Below the pieces are notes generated by a model that saw only the letters and a program-made list of their open reading frames with translations, was not told where the DNA came from and made no database searches. The position numbers were made by a program, and so were the translations under genes. From assembly GCF_001194135.2 (NCBI RefSeq), contig NC_068988.1:82636940-82700638 (forward strand): a stretch of DNA of 63,699 nucleotides. The letters are read 5' to 3'. This document shows, one piece after another, positions 12,553 to 26,260 of the stretch. Within the stretch, counting starts at the first letter, position 1, and each line of letters starts with the position of its first letter. This DNA is from Octopus bimaculoides (lineage: Eukaryota).

Positions 12553-14023
12553 TCCGGCACTCAGGCTGTTTGGGCTTAGCCCGAGTATAAATTTAGTAAA
12601 GTGAATGTGTATTCCCAAGCTGATTTAATTTCTGCCAACACTGACTTCAAGTATGTAATTGCAGCCAATAACTCAGGCTCCTTTTATTGAGCCGAGTCGA
12701 AGTTCACTCATTTTCGTTTAGTGTCTGGCGGTCATCTTCGAGGTGCCCTATGTCAAAAAATATCATTCGTAGCAGAAGTTCTCTCAACATCGTTCACATG
12801 TGCCTGACTCAGGCTCAAAAGTTACAGCCCAAGTTGTTATCTATAATCGTAAAAATTAAAAGTAATTCAAATTCAATGTATTCTTGAAACAATAAATTTC
12901 CATAGAGATTAGGATTTAAATCCCAATCTATGAAAAGTTTCTCTTCTACAATATTCTTAAAAGAACAAAAAATTATTCAGCAACTCAAGCTAATACATAC
13001 AAGCCTGGTAGGTGTAAAAGACTAACTGGCATCTCTTGTCAAGAGTACAGGTGACAGTCAAATCACTGATGTTTGTTGCGCATTCTGCTGTCGTTATTTG
13101 ATTGCTGTTATTCTGTGCTTTAAAATAAGTTGTGTTTCACAGAGTTGCTTGACTTTTACCCTTAACTTAGAAATGGAGAAAGACACGGTGCTAGATATAA
13201 AAAAATAAGCCATTTGGGGCTAGAAATAAAGTGGAAAAAACATGAAATTCTTCAAGTATGCATGTGTTTTATGCAACATCTGTGATGAGCCCTAGTAATG
13301 CTGATGACATGGAGTCGCCTCTGAGATATACATATGAGAGAGAGGCAGACAGACAGAGAGTCAACAGATGAAATCAAGAGAATCTCATTATAGAAAACAA
13401 AAGCACTCAAATATCTTTACTGAGGACCAAGTCAGTAGGGTAAAGAGTGGCTATAAGGGTAATCAAAGTGAGCAGGTATGGAGACAAGAATTCAAATAAA
13501 TGTACAAAATATATACATGTAAAGAGAAGACAGACTTAAAATTTTCAGACAATTTATTAAGTATAAATATATATTCATTTTTTAATGGCACAAACTTACA
13601 TAAACTCAAAGAATTAGAGGGAAGAAGATGTTACAAGTCCAACAGCTGTTTCTGAGGGCTCATAGTTACATCATAATATTGGCAGATGTAGTTTATCAAA
13701 AATTTGCAGTCAGCAATGGAAGCAAACACACATTGATAAAATCCAGAACTGCTTTCATTAGGGTGGATAAATAAGAGTCTAATGCCTTCTCCCCTCTAAT
13801 TCTTTGAGTTTATGTAATCTGAGTAAGTTTGCTCTATCAAAATAAACATAAATATATATACTTGATTGTTAATCCTTTGAAAATTTTAAATCTGCATTAT
13901 CTTTTTACATGTATACATTATACATGTGTATATATTTTGTACATTTAAACCCAAGATCTTTATCTGTTTATTTTAATTATTCTCTCTCTTATACAGATAT
14001 ATATATATATATATATAACCATG

Positions 14024-14940
14024 CAGGCACAGCTGTGTGATTAAGAAGTCCAGTCAGCAACCGCATGGTTTCTGGTTCATTCCTATTGCATGGTACTTTA
14101 AGCAAGTGACTTCTACTATAGTTCTGCCCTCTTGAGTAATTTGGTACACAGAAACTGTATGTGTGAATGTGTGAGTATGTGCATGCATACATGTGTATGA
14201 ATGTGAGGCAGATGGGTTGATATTGCATGCTGATAGTAAACAAAATTTTTATCCACACAAAAAATGTTGTGGTTTGCAATCTTCTATGAAAACATCTCCA
14301 ACCATTGATCAGTTTGTATTTAAGAAGACTAAGGGAAACATTACCTTGCTTTGGAATTTGGATAATTTGAAGAGGATCTGATTGTAAAAAATTTGCCTCA
14401 ATGAACTGTATCTGACTCATGCACGCATGGAAAAGTAGATATTAAAACAATGATCATTATATATATATCATCATTTAAGTATCCACTTTTCCATGCTTGC
14501 ATGGGTCAGGAGTTTACTAAAACTCTTCTTGTTGCTGACCCCTACTCATTTCTAAGCAAGATAATATTTCTCCATAGCCAGACATGTTTTTGTAGAATAC
14601 TGGAAATGAATAACATTCATTTGCAACAATCACATATCAAGACAAGGTGACAGAAATATACATAACGCATGTATGGGTGCTGACATGGCTGTGTTGTTAA
14701 GAAGCTTGTTCTCAAGCATGTGGTCTTGGGTTCAGTCCCATTGCACAGCACCCTGGGCAAGTAGCTTCTATTTTGGCTCCAGGTTAACCAGAGCCTTATT
14801 AGATTTGAGAAACAGAAACTGAAAGAAACATATTATAGATGACACTTACCCAAGGTGCAATGCAGTGAGACTGACCCCAAAACTGTATGGTTGGAAAGCA
14901 AACTTCTCAACCACACAGCTACACCAATGCCTATGCCACA
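14024..14940. mobile_element. Cluster of SINE family C heads and an RTE-like tail
   Basis: Heads GCTGTGT(G)...AAGAAG...GGTTCAGTCCC at about 14030 (+), 14685 (+) and 14840-14930 (-). Confidence 0.6.
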
Positions 14941-17900
14941 CTCTGAACATACCTGAAAATGATGATACACACAAGAACAGACATAAAAACTAATTCATTC
15001 TACCTCTTATTACCCATATGGAAAGTGTTAAAATATAAGAGCTATTTACTATATTTGTATATAGTATCATGGTAATTACACTAGAATATGAAATAGAATA
15101 TATAATGAATTACTTTATTTATTATATATAAAATCATCTCACACATCCATATCATACTGGCTGAACAAATATTGTTATCACTACTGTACAGTGTAAGTTG
15201 TTCAAAAGTAGATCCCACCTAGTGTTGACAGTTATTTTTATTTTAAAAATGTGATAAGTTACAAGTGCAGTTGACCAACAGCAAACTGTATAATCTGATA
15301 GTAACAATCTGTTAAAACACCAGATTATATAATATTTAAAACAATACTAAACCACAGGATCGAAATGTTGAACAATCATCCAACATTCAATATATGTTGA
15401 GGAAAGATAGCTTAGAAAAATAAAAGTATCTATCACACAAATCTATCACAAGATAACATCAAGCTCACATGGATATGAGGGTCACATTAGTGCTGAAGTT
15501 TAGGTTAAGTCTCTTCTTGATAAGTACTCAGTGAAGTGATGTGGTCAAAGAATGAATTTTAATAAATCCTAATAAAAATTACATGAATTAAGCTTATTTC
15601 CAATTTATTTTTAAAAAAAACATTTGTTTTAATAAAATTCTATCCTGTTATTGCATGCAAGTTCAGATTATTTAAACTGAGAATGAAAAAGATATGTTTA
15701 AAACAAGAATAAAGCAATGATATCCTGAACTTTGAAAGTTTTAACAATTTTTGTCTATTACAGACATGTCCATTTATCCATATAAACATTAAAAAAATTT
15801 GATAATTTTTAATCTAGATTCTTTTTCAGCTGTTTATAATTAATTCCAATTTCCTAAACAAAGAAAATATTGAAAAATGATAAAGACATTAATATTTTTT
15901 AATTTTTTTGCTACAGTAAATGACACGTTTAACAAATCAATCTCTCAGAACTGTCATTTAAACCCATATTTATACGGCAATTTCAGCCAACGAAACAAAT
16001 CAACCTGCAAGAAATAGCAGCTAAATCATTTCAATTTTTACCCTTCAATTTTAAAAATGCAGGAATAAATTAGATAATGAATCCAAAAAGGAAATAGTAA
16101 TGGTCACAGTTGGTATTCTGACCCAATATGGAAATTCTATGTTAACATTTTTTAAACTAATTTCAGTATTCGCTTAAGTTATTTACTAAGTTACAGATTT
16201 TAACAAAAGCTAACCTAAACTTATATGTAAATCCAAATTCAATATTTTTATTATAAAAAACAGTTAACTCTCAAGACTTGTTGATAGAATTGTTGGTCAC
16301 TTATTTGAGTAGAAATGAAAATAATTGAAATAATTGTCCATATTTATCCTATGAAGATCAATAGTTGAAGAAAGGTTTATAGGAAATGTGTGGAATATGA
16401 GATCCCTTAGGTGAAAAAAAAATAAGGACTAGAGACATTAAGAGCATCCAGCTGTAAAGCAATGCCTCAATAATCACCTAAATCATACATGGGGAGAAAA
16501 TGGACATAAAAACAAATGAAAAACTACATACTTGTTACAATCAATCACCATATTGGTATCAACCATAATGGTGTTTGAAACGAAACTATTTGTACAGTTT
16601 ATTAGAATACATGCACTGAACACAATAGAATTGTTGTTACAGTCTCACTCCACTTAAGATTCCATTGCACCTACTGGCTATTCCATTATCTGTTGAATAC
16701 CATATTTATTTTCATTGCTTTTGATTTTCAGTTTGCATATTTCCAACTTCAGGAATTGAGTTTTAGAGTGGCCTCAGCTGTTCTCTCTTGAAAATGAAAT
16801 ACCTATATAAAGACTTCAAATTCCTGATAAAACAGTTTCACTTTCAACTAATTTTCATAAATAAATCTAAATACACCACCACCATTCTCAATTTACCAAG
16901 TACATTAGCAAGAATATAGTTCTCAACTATCATCATTTTAATACCTACATTTTCATGCTTGCATGGGTCAGATGGAATTTGAGGTAGAATTTTCTATAAC
17001 AGATTTTTCCCATCACCAATCCTCACCTGTTTCCAAGTAAAGTAATATTTCCCCTTAACCAGACATTCACAGAATACTGGAAACGAATAATTGTTTGTAT
17101 AACAGCGACACTCATTTACAAATATCAATTGATGTCAAGACATAGAGACACAAACATACAAACACACACACATATATATGATATCATAATCATCATTTAA
17201 TGTCCATTTTCCATACTGGCATGGATTGAACAGTCTGACAGGATCCAGCAAGCTGCAGGGCTATGTCAAGATCCAACAACAGCTTTGGTATACTGGATGC
17301 CCTTCCAAACACCAACCACTTTACAGTGTATATTGGATGCTTTTTTCATACTACCAGCACTTGTGAGATAGTCAGGTAACTTTGCAAGACAAGAACAGGA
17401 AAAAGGAGAATGTCCTCTTGGCTCAGAGGAAGGGATATTGAGATGGGGGAGGTAGTTGTATGCCAGGTGTTTAGAGGCTAAAGCCCAAATGTCTTGCTAT
17501 AGGGGAGGCTACCTTGCATTATATAGGGGTGGGAGTAATTGGAAAGATAGAAATGGAATTAACTAGATGCCATACAGCAGGCTCTTTTCATTTCTTTAAA
17601 CCAAATTCACTCATAAGGCTTTGGTCAGCTCAGGGCTATAATAGAAGACATTTGCCCAAGGTGCCATGCAGCTGGAATGAACATAAAACCATATGGACCA
17701 TTTGGCTGGGAAGTAAACTTCTTAACTACATGGCCAATTCTGCATCAGCAAACTACATGAAACCTCACTCATATTTATCCAAATTCCATAGTGATACTTG
17801 CCTCAACTTTCCTCTTTACAAACATCAATCTTCAGCTTCATAACTGCTGACAATGAAGTGAAGTAAAGGTAATATCTTTGCATTAGAATACAATTTTTGA

Positions 17901-20528
17901 AACTATTGTTCATCATTATCTGACCTGAAACTGTTACCATTCTTGGCGCAATATTGACAATATTTTACAGATTAGTTTTTATTTTCTAATAAATCAGTGA
18001 CATTTTCTGTTCCTTTTTAAACTTCACAATTGTATGTACACAAGTATATACCATTTTTTGTTGTTTCCTTATATTAGATATAGCAAGTAACAAATATCTA
18101 CCTACATCTCTGTGATATATTTTGATAATTTCAAAACACAACTCTTTCAACCATTATCTACAACACTATAACTGGTTGGAGGATTTACAATTTTGGCTAA
18201 AATAATGATATTAAAGAGGATAAGCTTTTTTTCGGTTTTAACTGAAAAATATTTAAATAACTAAAATGCTTGAAATTTTGTTCTCAATTTTAATGAGTAT
18301 GTATGATGATATAAATTTTCAAGTAATGAGATGCTTACTTCATAAAAGGAAATTCAGAAAGAATAATCTCATAAATTTTGTCTAAATGGCTTATAAACAA
18401 ACTAAACAAAAATTGACAAACTACATTCACAGAAACTAGGACACTTAACTAAATATACTTGCTTTCATAAAAATAATTTCCCTTTATTTCATATGACTAA
18501 TAGCTGAAAATTTAATATATATCATTTACAAATATTTGTTTAAAGTTTAAAAAGAAAAGAAAAAAAAAGTGACACTTCTGTCTCATCAGTGTTGCACAAG
18601 TTGTAAATTATCCATTGAACTTCCTAAACCAGCTTCTGGGTAGGATAACACCTTAAAGGTAAGTATAAGATATAGCAAGTAAGGAATATTTATATCTTTA
18701 ATATATTTCGGTAGTTTCAATACACAATCTACAACAATAACATTGGTTGGATTATCCACATATTTGGCTAAAATATAATTATTTTAGCCCATATGCCTAA
18801 CTTTGCAACTTACTAATGCATAACTAGCATTTTTCTCACTAAATGTATACCTTAAGCTTAATCACAAAGAATTATCCTCTAAACATGAGATTTATTACCC
18901 AATAGTCACCACATATTCATCAAAACACAATCATTTAGAGTTAATTGTGCTATCATTTACCCTTAAAATATTTCATAGTAACAAAATAAATTCATTTTCT
19001 TACATTTAATGTTAGTTTATGGAAAAATGTTATGAAATGATAATAATTATCTAGAAAATAAATTATATGGATACATTCCACAAGTACTGAGAAAAATGAT
19101 TTGAGTTTTTTCTACTTCAGTCATTAAAATGAGCTAGAAAAAATCTATTTTTCCAAGCACATTCACTAAATGCATAAAAACTAAATAAGCTTACAATTAG
19201 CTTACTATTTAATGCAAAATGATCCAAGAAATAACTTTTTTATACAACAAAGAACAATTTAAGCAATCTCTCACAAACAAAAAATTGTTCACCTAGATTG
19301 TTAAAAGTATCAATATTTCACCCCTTGGTTGCTATCTATTCACATATAGTTATCCTCATCAAGATTTTACACTTATAACAGTGTAGAAATCTCCAGAGTT
19401 TTCCATACAAAACAAGAATCAAATTCTGCAAGAATTCTTTCAATAACATCCTTGAAATACTGCTATACTGCAAATGGTGTATACTTACCAATAATACAAA
19501 AATTAATTTTATAAATATACATATATATATATACATATTTTTATATATATATTTATAAACACACACACACTTACATATATATATACAAGTGTTTTGTTAT
19601 ACCAGCTTTCAGGTTCTCAATAGCACAAAATGTTACAGCAAAGGGGTACCCATGAGTCATGACCTAAGTGCAGCCTGTCACTCTTGCAATAGTTTAAGGA
19701 GTTACAGGACAAAGCACATACATGGAGTATTGTATGTGATAACTTTTTATAAATCTGAGTAAAAATAAAATGCAATAAGTGCATCTGAAAAATCACCAGA
19801 ATGTATATGAAATACCCTAAACTTAACTCGTTATGATAAATTAAAAATTGGTACTACTTTTTTTTCCATATAACGATTTTTGTTATTGTTAAAATTACAA
19901 CCTTAAAATCCCCTGGTTGTTATGCAGTTGTTTGGCCTAAAATAAATGATGCTTCTGTGGTGTGTTTTATGAACTATACCAATGTCTACAGTAAACCCAT
20001 TTGTAACATTTACATGAAGTTAATTTATACCTTATAAGCTTTCAAGTGAGCTGACAAAAACAGCCTTAATATCAAATCTTAATGATATAGTCTTCATTAT
20101 TGTTATATCAAAACAATTACAAAACTTTACCTTTTTATAACATCTTTTACAGCTCAATATCTCTCCGCAGTTCATCCAGTTTTCTCACGAGATGAAGCAC
20201 TTTTTTTTAGCCAAATTCCAAATAAATATATCACCCATCACACTAGCAATATCCTACATGTAGTCTTCCAATACTACATGTTGCTAAATATATGCCATTG
20301 AAAGTGGAGTTGTATCTTTAATGATATATCAAAGATTATGGTGTGAAGTTCAAATTTGACAGTAGAATTTTCTAAGTGTCAATTTGAACTTCAACTTTTC
20401 TTTAAAGATACATCATAATATTTTAATCTGAATTATTAACACTAGCTGTTAGTAGCAATTCTTCTCATGTTTTATAATTTGTAACCACTGCCTCCTGTCA
20501 AAAATAATTTAAATTAGCAGTAACATCT

Positions 20529-20566
<38 letters not shown>

Positions 20567-21053
20567 TATACATCAGCATTTCTTAATGTTTCAGCATGAG
20601 GTGCCTAGTAAGAGTTTGCTCCCCCTTGTTATTCATTTGTGGACTTGTATAATTAATTATATTGCTGTAATTATATATATAAAATATAATAAGGGAAAAT
20701 GTAAAATAAGATAATTACTTTCAAGAAACTTATAAACCAGATGATATTTTTAAATGCTTGTAATGGTTTATTAATAACCATATCAAACCCATCTAATGAA
20801 ATATGTAATTATTTTAATGTGATGTGTATTAAAGATTCTGAAGTTCTTACCACTATCTATGAAGAAAAAAAATTTATAGTATGACTACTTTAAACCTCAT
20901 GTAAATAATTTGCATGTGTATTTGTTTGAAATACAGCATATCTTAAAATTAACTTACTCTGCAAGTTGGTTTTGAAATAATTATAGGGAGATATAACCCT
21001 TGGAATATCTAAGGAAAATTCCATTTATTCTACTGTGTATAAGTGTGTGTGTA

Positions 21054-21122
<69 letters not shown>

Positions 21123-21834
21123 AAATAAATGGAATCCCTTTTGTGTAAATGTTGACATTTGTCCTTAATTCCAAAACTGAAAAGTTACAACTCTAAATAC
21201 ACATTGTAAGTAGAATCAGCAAATTATTAGGTATGGAATGTACCAGATATATGGAACATTTTTCCATTATCAGCCCAGACATTTCCAAAAAACATCAACA
21301 TTGCTAATAATCTTATTTACGTCATGTTCAACCCATTTCTTAGATGTTTAATCCTAGTTTTACTTATTAACTAAGAGCTAAACTAGGTTAATTTGGAGAT
21401 ATTAGGATATTTTCGGGTACATTAAAATCCTGAAAAGTCAGGCATTTATCAAGGATTTAAAAAAATCTGATCACTACATTTGTTAGATTTTTTTTAAAGA
21501 TTATCAATGAAATAAAGCTACAACTTCATGTGAATTGTGAAGGGAAGGAGATTATGGTTTAATATATGGAGTGTCATTAAAATAATTGTTTCATATGTTG
21601 GTTGGTTATTAATATGTTAGAGGTAAAAATTATTACAAAAAATTAGGAATGATTTCTCTCCGAGAATGACTGATGCTAATTATTACTGCTTCTACAAAAA
21701 TACCAACACATTCAAATGAATGAAAAACAAAAACAAAAGAAAACACGACTACACCGTCCAGGTATAGTTGATTTAAACAAATAAAACAAATGTTTTGTAG
21801 ATGATTTGTTGTTTTTAGACAGAGAACATGTCCA

Positions 21835-21840
21835 ACCTAC
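21835..21840 (-). other. 5' splice donor of the TSC22D exon
   Basis: CAG|GTAGGT on the minus strand; the ORF-track stop lies inside it. Confidence 0.85.
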
Positions 21841-23375
21841 CTGTCTTCCTTCCCTTCTTTTGCTGGGGTTCCCATTTCACTGACTGCTGTTGTGAGAGGT
21901 GTTAGAGAGAGTGCAGTCATATGAAAGTTAGCATCAAAAAGTTTGTCACACTCAAAGGTGTCATTCAGTTGAATGTTTTCTGGACGTATGTTAACATGAT
22001 CTCCTTTAACATCATGACCAAGCACCGAAACAGGCTTCTCTGGTTTACTGTCCTGAGGTTGATGGCTTAAAACAGGAGTGACCGCACCAGGTAGTGGCAT
22101 ATGACTGTTTACAGAAACAGTACCTGGTTGGTGACCTGCAGATGTCTGTGACACAACAGGAACCGAATGGAGTTGAGCACTTTGCACATTCATCGATTTA
22201 CTACTCACGGTAGGTATACTAGCAGACCCGTGCACATCAGTGTTTGAAACATTGGAAACATGAATGATAGGAGTCCCACCCTGGGCAGTGTTGGCCCTCG
22301 TAACAGGCGACGGAAGGACTTTCGGTATTGAGGGAGCCGTCAAATTACTAGACTCTCTTATAGTAGAACCAGATTGCGACCCTGGGATAGCTTGAGCATT
22401 TGAGGTCACAGCGGTCTGTTTAACTAAGTTCACAGATGAATTCACAGGTGCTTTACTAGTGCTTGAAGAATTTTGGTGTCCCTGACTCACATGCGTTTGA
22501 GACTGTAATGTATTGGAAGTAGTTAAACTGATTGAATTCGTGTGCATAGCACCTGGGATCTTAGCTCCGGATACACTAGCAACATCAGTTTGAACGGAAG
22601 TTTGTTGAAAAGCAACTTGGGTTTGAGACTGGCTAGATTGGGAAGGTGTTTGAATAGGTTTAAAAGTCTCATTATTAGACTGTGCGTGAATTCCAGACTG
22701 ATGAACCGGGAAAGATACATTAGCAACAGAACCATCGACAGAAGTTACGACAGGGGGGAGAAACGGATTTTTCGATGGATCATCGACACCAAAAATATAA
22801 TTAACAGAGCTACAAGCACTCGAGTTACCTGATGTAGCATCATCCATGAATTTAATTTCATTCCTTTCTGCATTGGCCGGAGTATCCAAAAAGTCATAAC
22901 ATAACCACCGTCCTCTGCGAAATGGTTCCTTGGTTTCTATTTTAACCACCTTGAATCTCGAGTGTATGTCAGTTTTCTCCTTCACAACTATTTCGTCGGG
23001 TGTCAGATTATGTGTAGTATCCTCAGATGGTGTATCTTGGTCCCCATCAGTATTCTTGGAACTGTCAAAGATTTCCGAACTAAAATCTTCCGTATGGCTT
23101 TCATCAAGATCATCCAGACTATCTCCATCGTCATTCAAAGGATCATTCCCACTACGTGGTGCATTTTTTGTGACGCCTAAGATTCTAAATGTAGTCCGTT
23201 TTTTGGGAATATCTCCACAAGTTTTAACCATGACCGATGCTGGTCTTGGTTCAAAATCGTTGCTAGTTATTTCAGCCTTCATCGGCTGGTTGCCAGACTG
23301 GCTATCCACTTTCACGGCCATTTTGTGTGCACTGGGCAACTCTGCCATTTTGAAAGAACTTGTCTGTCTAAGCAT
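21841..23375 (-). CDS. TSC22D1: TSC22 domain family long isoform (TSC22D1/bunched-A-like), first coding exon
   Basis: 512-codon ORF with KKRTTFRILGV (motif 1-like), DDLDESHTED (as in vertebrate TSC22D1) and SRFKVVKIETKEPFRRGRWLCYDFLD (motif 2), then an S/T/Q/V-rich low-complexity region. Exon ends AG|GTAGGT (phase 2). Second ATG at 23348 (AAAATGG) has the better context. Paralog assignment is only family-level. Confidence 0.92.
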
Positions 23376-23519
23376 AAAACTTAGGCCTATTTAGATAGAA
23401 AAACATCTCTATGAGAGGCATCATAGTGTTCGATAGTTTCCTTGGAACAAAATAATTAATGTGGAATAATTATAGAATATGTAGAGACCAAATGGAAACT
23501 TTTACACGTAAAACAAGCA

Positions 23520-23620
23520 ACAGCATAAGTTGATCATGTTCGCGTAGATGACGGGCATCATGATTTAAGCATGATGGGAATAGTGACGTCTTAGCCGCAC
23601 ATTCGGAAATATACGATGTG
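23520..23620 (-). promoter_or_regulatory. Candidate promoter-proximal/5' UTR CpG-rich patch with CRE-like sites
   Basis: Several CpGs in a CpG-poor genome; TGACG at 23549-23553 and TGACGTCT at 23584-23591, 170-220 bp upstream of the ORF. Confidence 0.35.
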
Positions 23621-24679
23621 ATACAATTTTTACATTAGCCTCCTTTATGGAACACCGTAACTGTAGAAATTTAGAAATTTAACTCCTCTATACATTTTTA
23701 AAAATTTAAAATAAAATATATCTCAAGGTAAGAAGAAAAAAAACGAGTTTTCAATATATATTCAATATACAGGATATAGAAATATTTTTATCTGCGTATA
23801 TTAGGAAGAGAACAGCATTTTACTTGAATTCTTTTTTGATCGGTACATTTTTTTTACGCATAAGCATTTTAATTATTATTTTAATAAAATTTCTGAAATT
23901 AATTATCATCATCTACGTAATTTAAATAAAATATTTATGAAATTATAATTTATAAATAAATTCAACTCTTTCGGAAATTTTCCCCCGAAATTGATTAAAT
24001 TTTTTTTTTTTCTTGTACTTAGTATATAATTTATATTTATTAGAAATAGATCTTTTTTTTTATAAAATGTGATATATATGATGACTTTAGAATTTTTAAT
24101 ATTTTTAATTCGTGAAACTTCTTCATTATTATTTATCTATTTTTCTGTTCTTTTCCATAACCAACGTAAATATTCGTAAATTTATGTCATTTATTGTCTA
24201 CCATAATAAGAGAAGAATTTACGTTTATGAATAGGAAACTACCAATATTTGCTCTTCCCTGATGAACAACAAATACGTTTGTCAGCAACTATAGACTTTT
24301 TTTTTTTACTTCCGAAATATTTTCGATTGAAAATTTTATTTATTTTAATTCTCTCAGTGAGATTTAAATATATTACAGAAATCCCACCGACCCTCGGAGA
24401 TGTCCCGACTGGTAAAAGATTTTGACACAACAATAACTAGGCCGTGTATGAGAGTAGTTCTTCCTTGCTTTACCTCTTCCCTCTTGTTTCTCACCCTTTC
24501 TTTGTATGTATGTGTCTCTCTCTGTTCCTCCACCTCGCTCTAAATACTTGATATTTGTTTTTATTCTCTCATTACTCAGAATTCCGCTCATTGTGAACAA
24601 AATATTTCAGAAACCATCCTATATATTTCGAAACTTACTCCCCCACCAACTTTCTTTCAGCTTAGTCAAACAAATGCAT

Positions 24680-24726
<47 letters not shown>

Positions 24727-25413
24727 NNNNNNNNNNNNNNNNNNNNNNNNNNNNNNNNNNNNNNNNNNNNNNNNNNNNNNNNNNNNNNNNNNNNNNNNNN
24801 NNNNNNNNNNNNNNNNNNNNNNNNNNNNNNNNNNNNNNNNNNNNNNNNNNNNNNNNNNNNNNNNNNNNNNNNNNNNNNNNNNNNNNNNNNNNNNNNNNNN
24901 NNNNNNNNNNNNNNNNNNNNNNNNNNNNNNNNNNNNNNNNNNNNNNNNNNNNNNNNNNNNNNNNNNNNNNNNNNNNNNNNNNNNNNNNNNNNNNNNNNNN
25001 NNNNNNNNNNNNNNNNNNNNNNNNNNNNNNNNNNNNNNNNNNNNNNNNNNNNNNNNNNNNNNNNNNNNNNNNNNNNNNNNNNNNNNNNNNNNNNNNNNNN
25101 NNNNNNNNNNNNNNNNNNNNNNNNNNNNNNNNNNNNNNNNNNNNNNNNNNNNNNNNNNNNNNNNNNNNNNNNNNNNNNNNNNNNNNNNNNNNNNNNNNNN
25201 NNNNNNNNNNNNNNNNNNNNNNNNNNNNNNNNNNNNNNNNNNNNNNNNNNATGGAAAACAGAACTCGATGGACAACCGCCGGATGGTACCCTAACTTTTT
25301 ATGTCAAGTAAAAGAAAATAATGATGATAACGATTAATTAATATAACACAGGAATGTCAATCAATAAATGAAGATATAATTAAACCTGTTTGTCTTCCTT
25401 TGTCATTTTGCCT

Positions 25414-25446
<33 letters not shown>

Positions 25447-25929
25447 TTCGTACATCATGTTGAATAGATATTGTAAAATCTGTCTCTGGCCTTTTGAATT
25501 TTTTTGTTTTTTCTTTACAAACTTTGCACTTTGTTACAAACCTTATCTTGTGTCTCATTATCATATGACGCTGTTATCAATGAATTTTATAAATTAAATT
25601 TATAAATCTTTAATAGTTTTTCTTTGCACGCAAAAGAAAATTCATTCTTTTATTACTTATTTTAATTTTCTTCATTATTCCTTTTTTTTAATATAAATCT
25701 GTTTTTAATTGTTAAGAAGATCAATTTTATAGTAGTCAGAGTGGAACTAATTTAATTGCTTCTGCTGAGATTTACACCTACAAGAACGTTTTTATTTAGT
25801 AAAGTTTAGCACCAATTCTTGTTGGGAAGTAGGTGGTGCGAGTGTATTAAACGGATTTTCGGTGTATTACTGGTATTTCATCAGCCCTGCAAGATTTTGA
25901 TTCAAGATACCTTCAAAAAACAAAACTAA

Positions 25930-26260
25930 TTCTGTCCAGCCCTAACAACATCTCAGCAAGAAACCAGACTCCAATTCCGGATGGAAAAAGTTGAGAACGT
26001 CCTTCCAACTGACAAGGGAATTCCCCCTGCTGAAGATTTCCCACCTGGCTCAGAAATATCATGGATTCAATAGAAGATGCTTAATCGCCTGATAATGAGA
26101 TCAGGATGATCAAAGGTTGCTTTGGTCACATGGGGCTACGAAACTGGCGTAACCACCAGTGAATGTGGAGAAGCAGACTATACTATGGACTGGTGACTTG
26201 TCTGCTCTCAACAACCCAACCTTTGCAGCTCAAAAGACTTTGCAGAGTTCAATAAAAATA
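25930..26260 (+). mobile_element. 3' fragment of a non-LTR retrotransposon (RTE-X-like)
   Basis: Translates as PPGSEISWIQ*KMLNRLIMRSG*SKVALVTWGYETGVTTSECGEADYTMD, resembling the LNRLRTG...WG...CECG C-terminus; ends near AATAAAA. Confidence 0.55.

Noticed and set aside
18571-18589. Minus-strand CTGATGA-GAC..GTC
   Set aside because: Not followed by GAAA
18070-18780. Two diverged about 130-bp direct repeats (18070-18210, 18665-18780)
   Set aside because: Probably old copies of a dispersed repeat, no further structure seen
22542-23394. Plus-strand ORFs of 96, 154 and 72 aa over the TSC22D exon
   Set aside because: Antisense shadows of a real coding exon, no recognisable motifs
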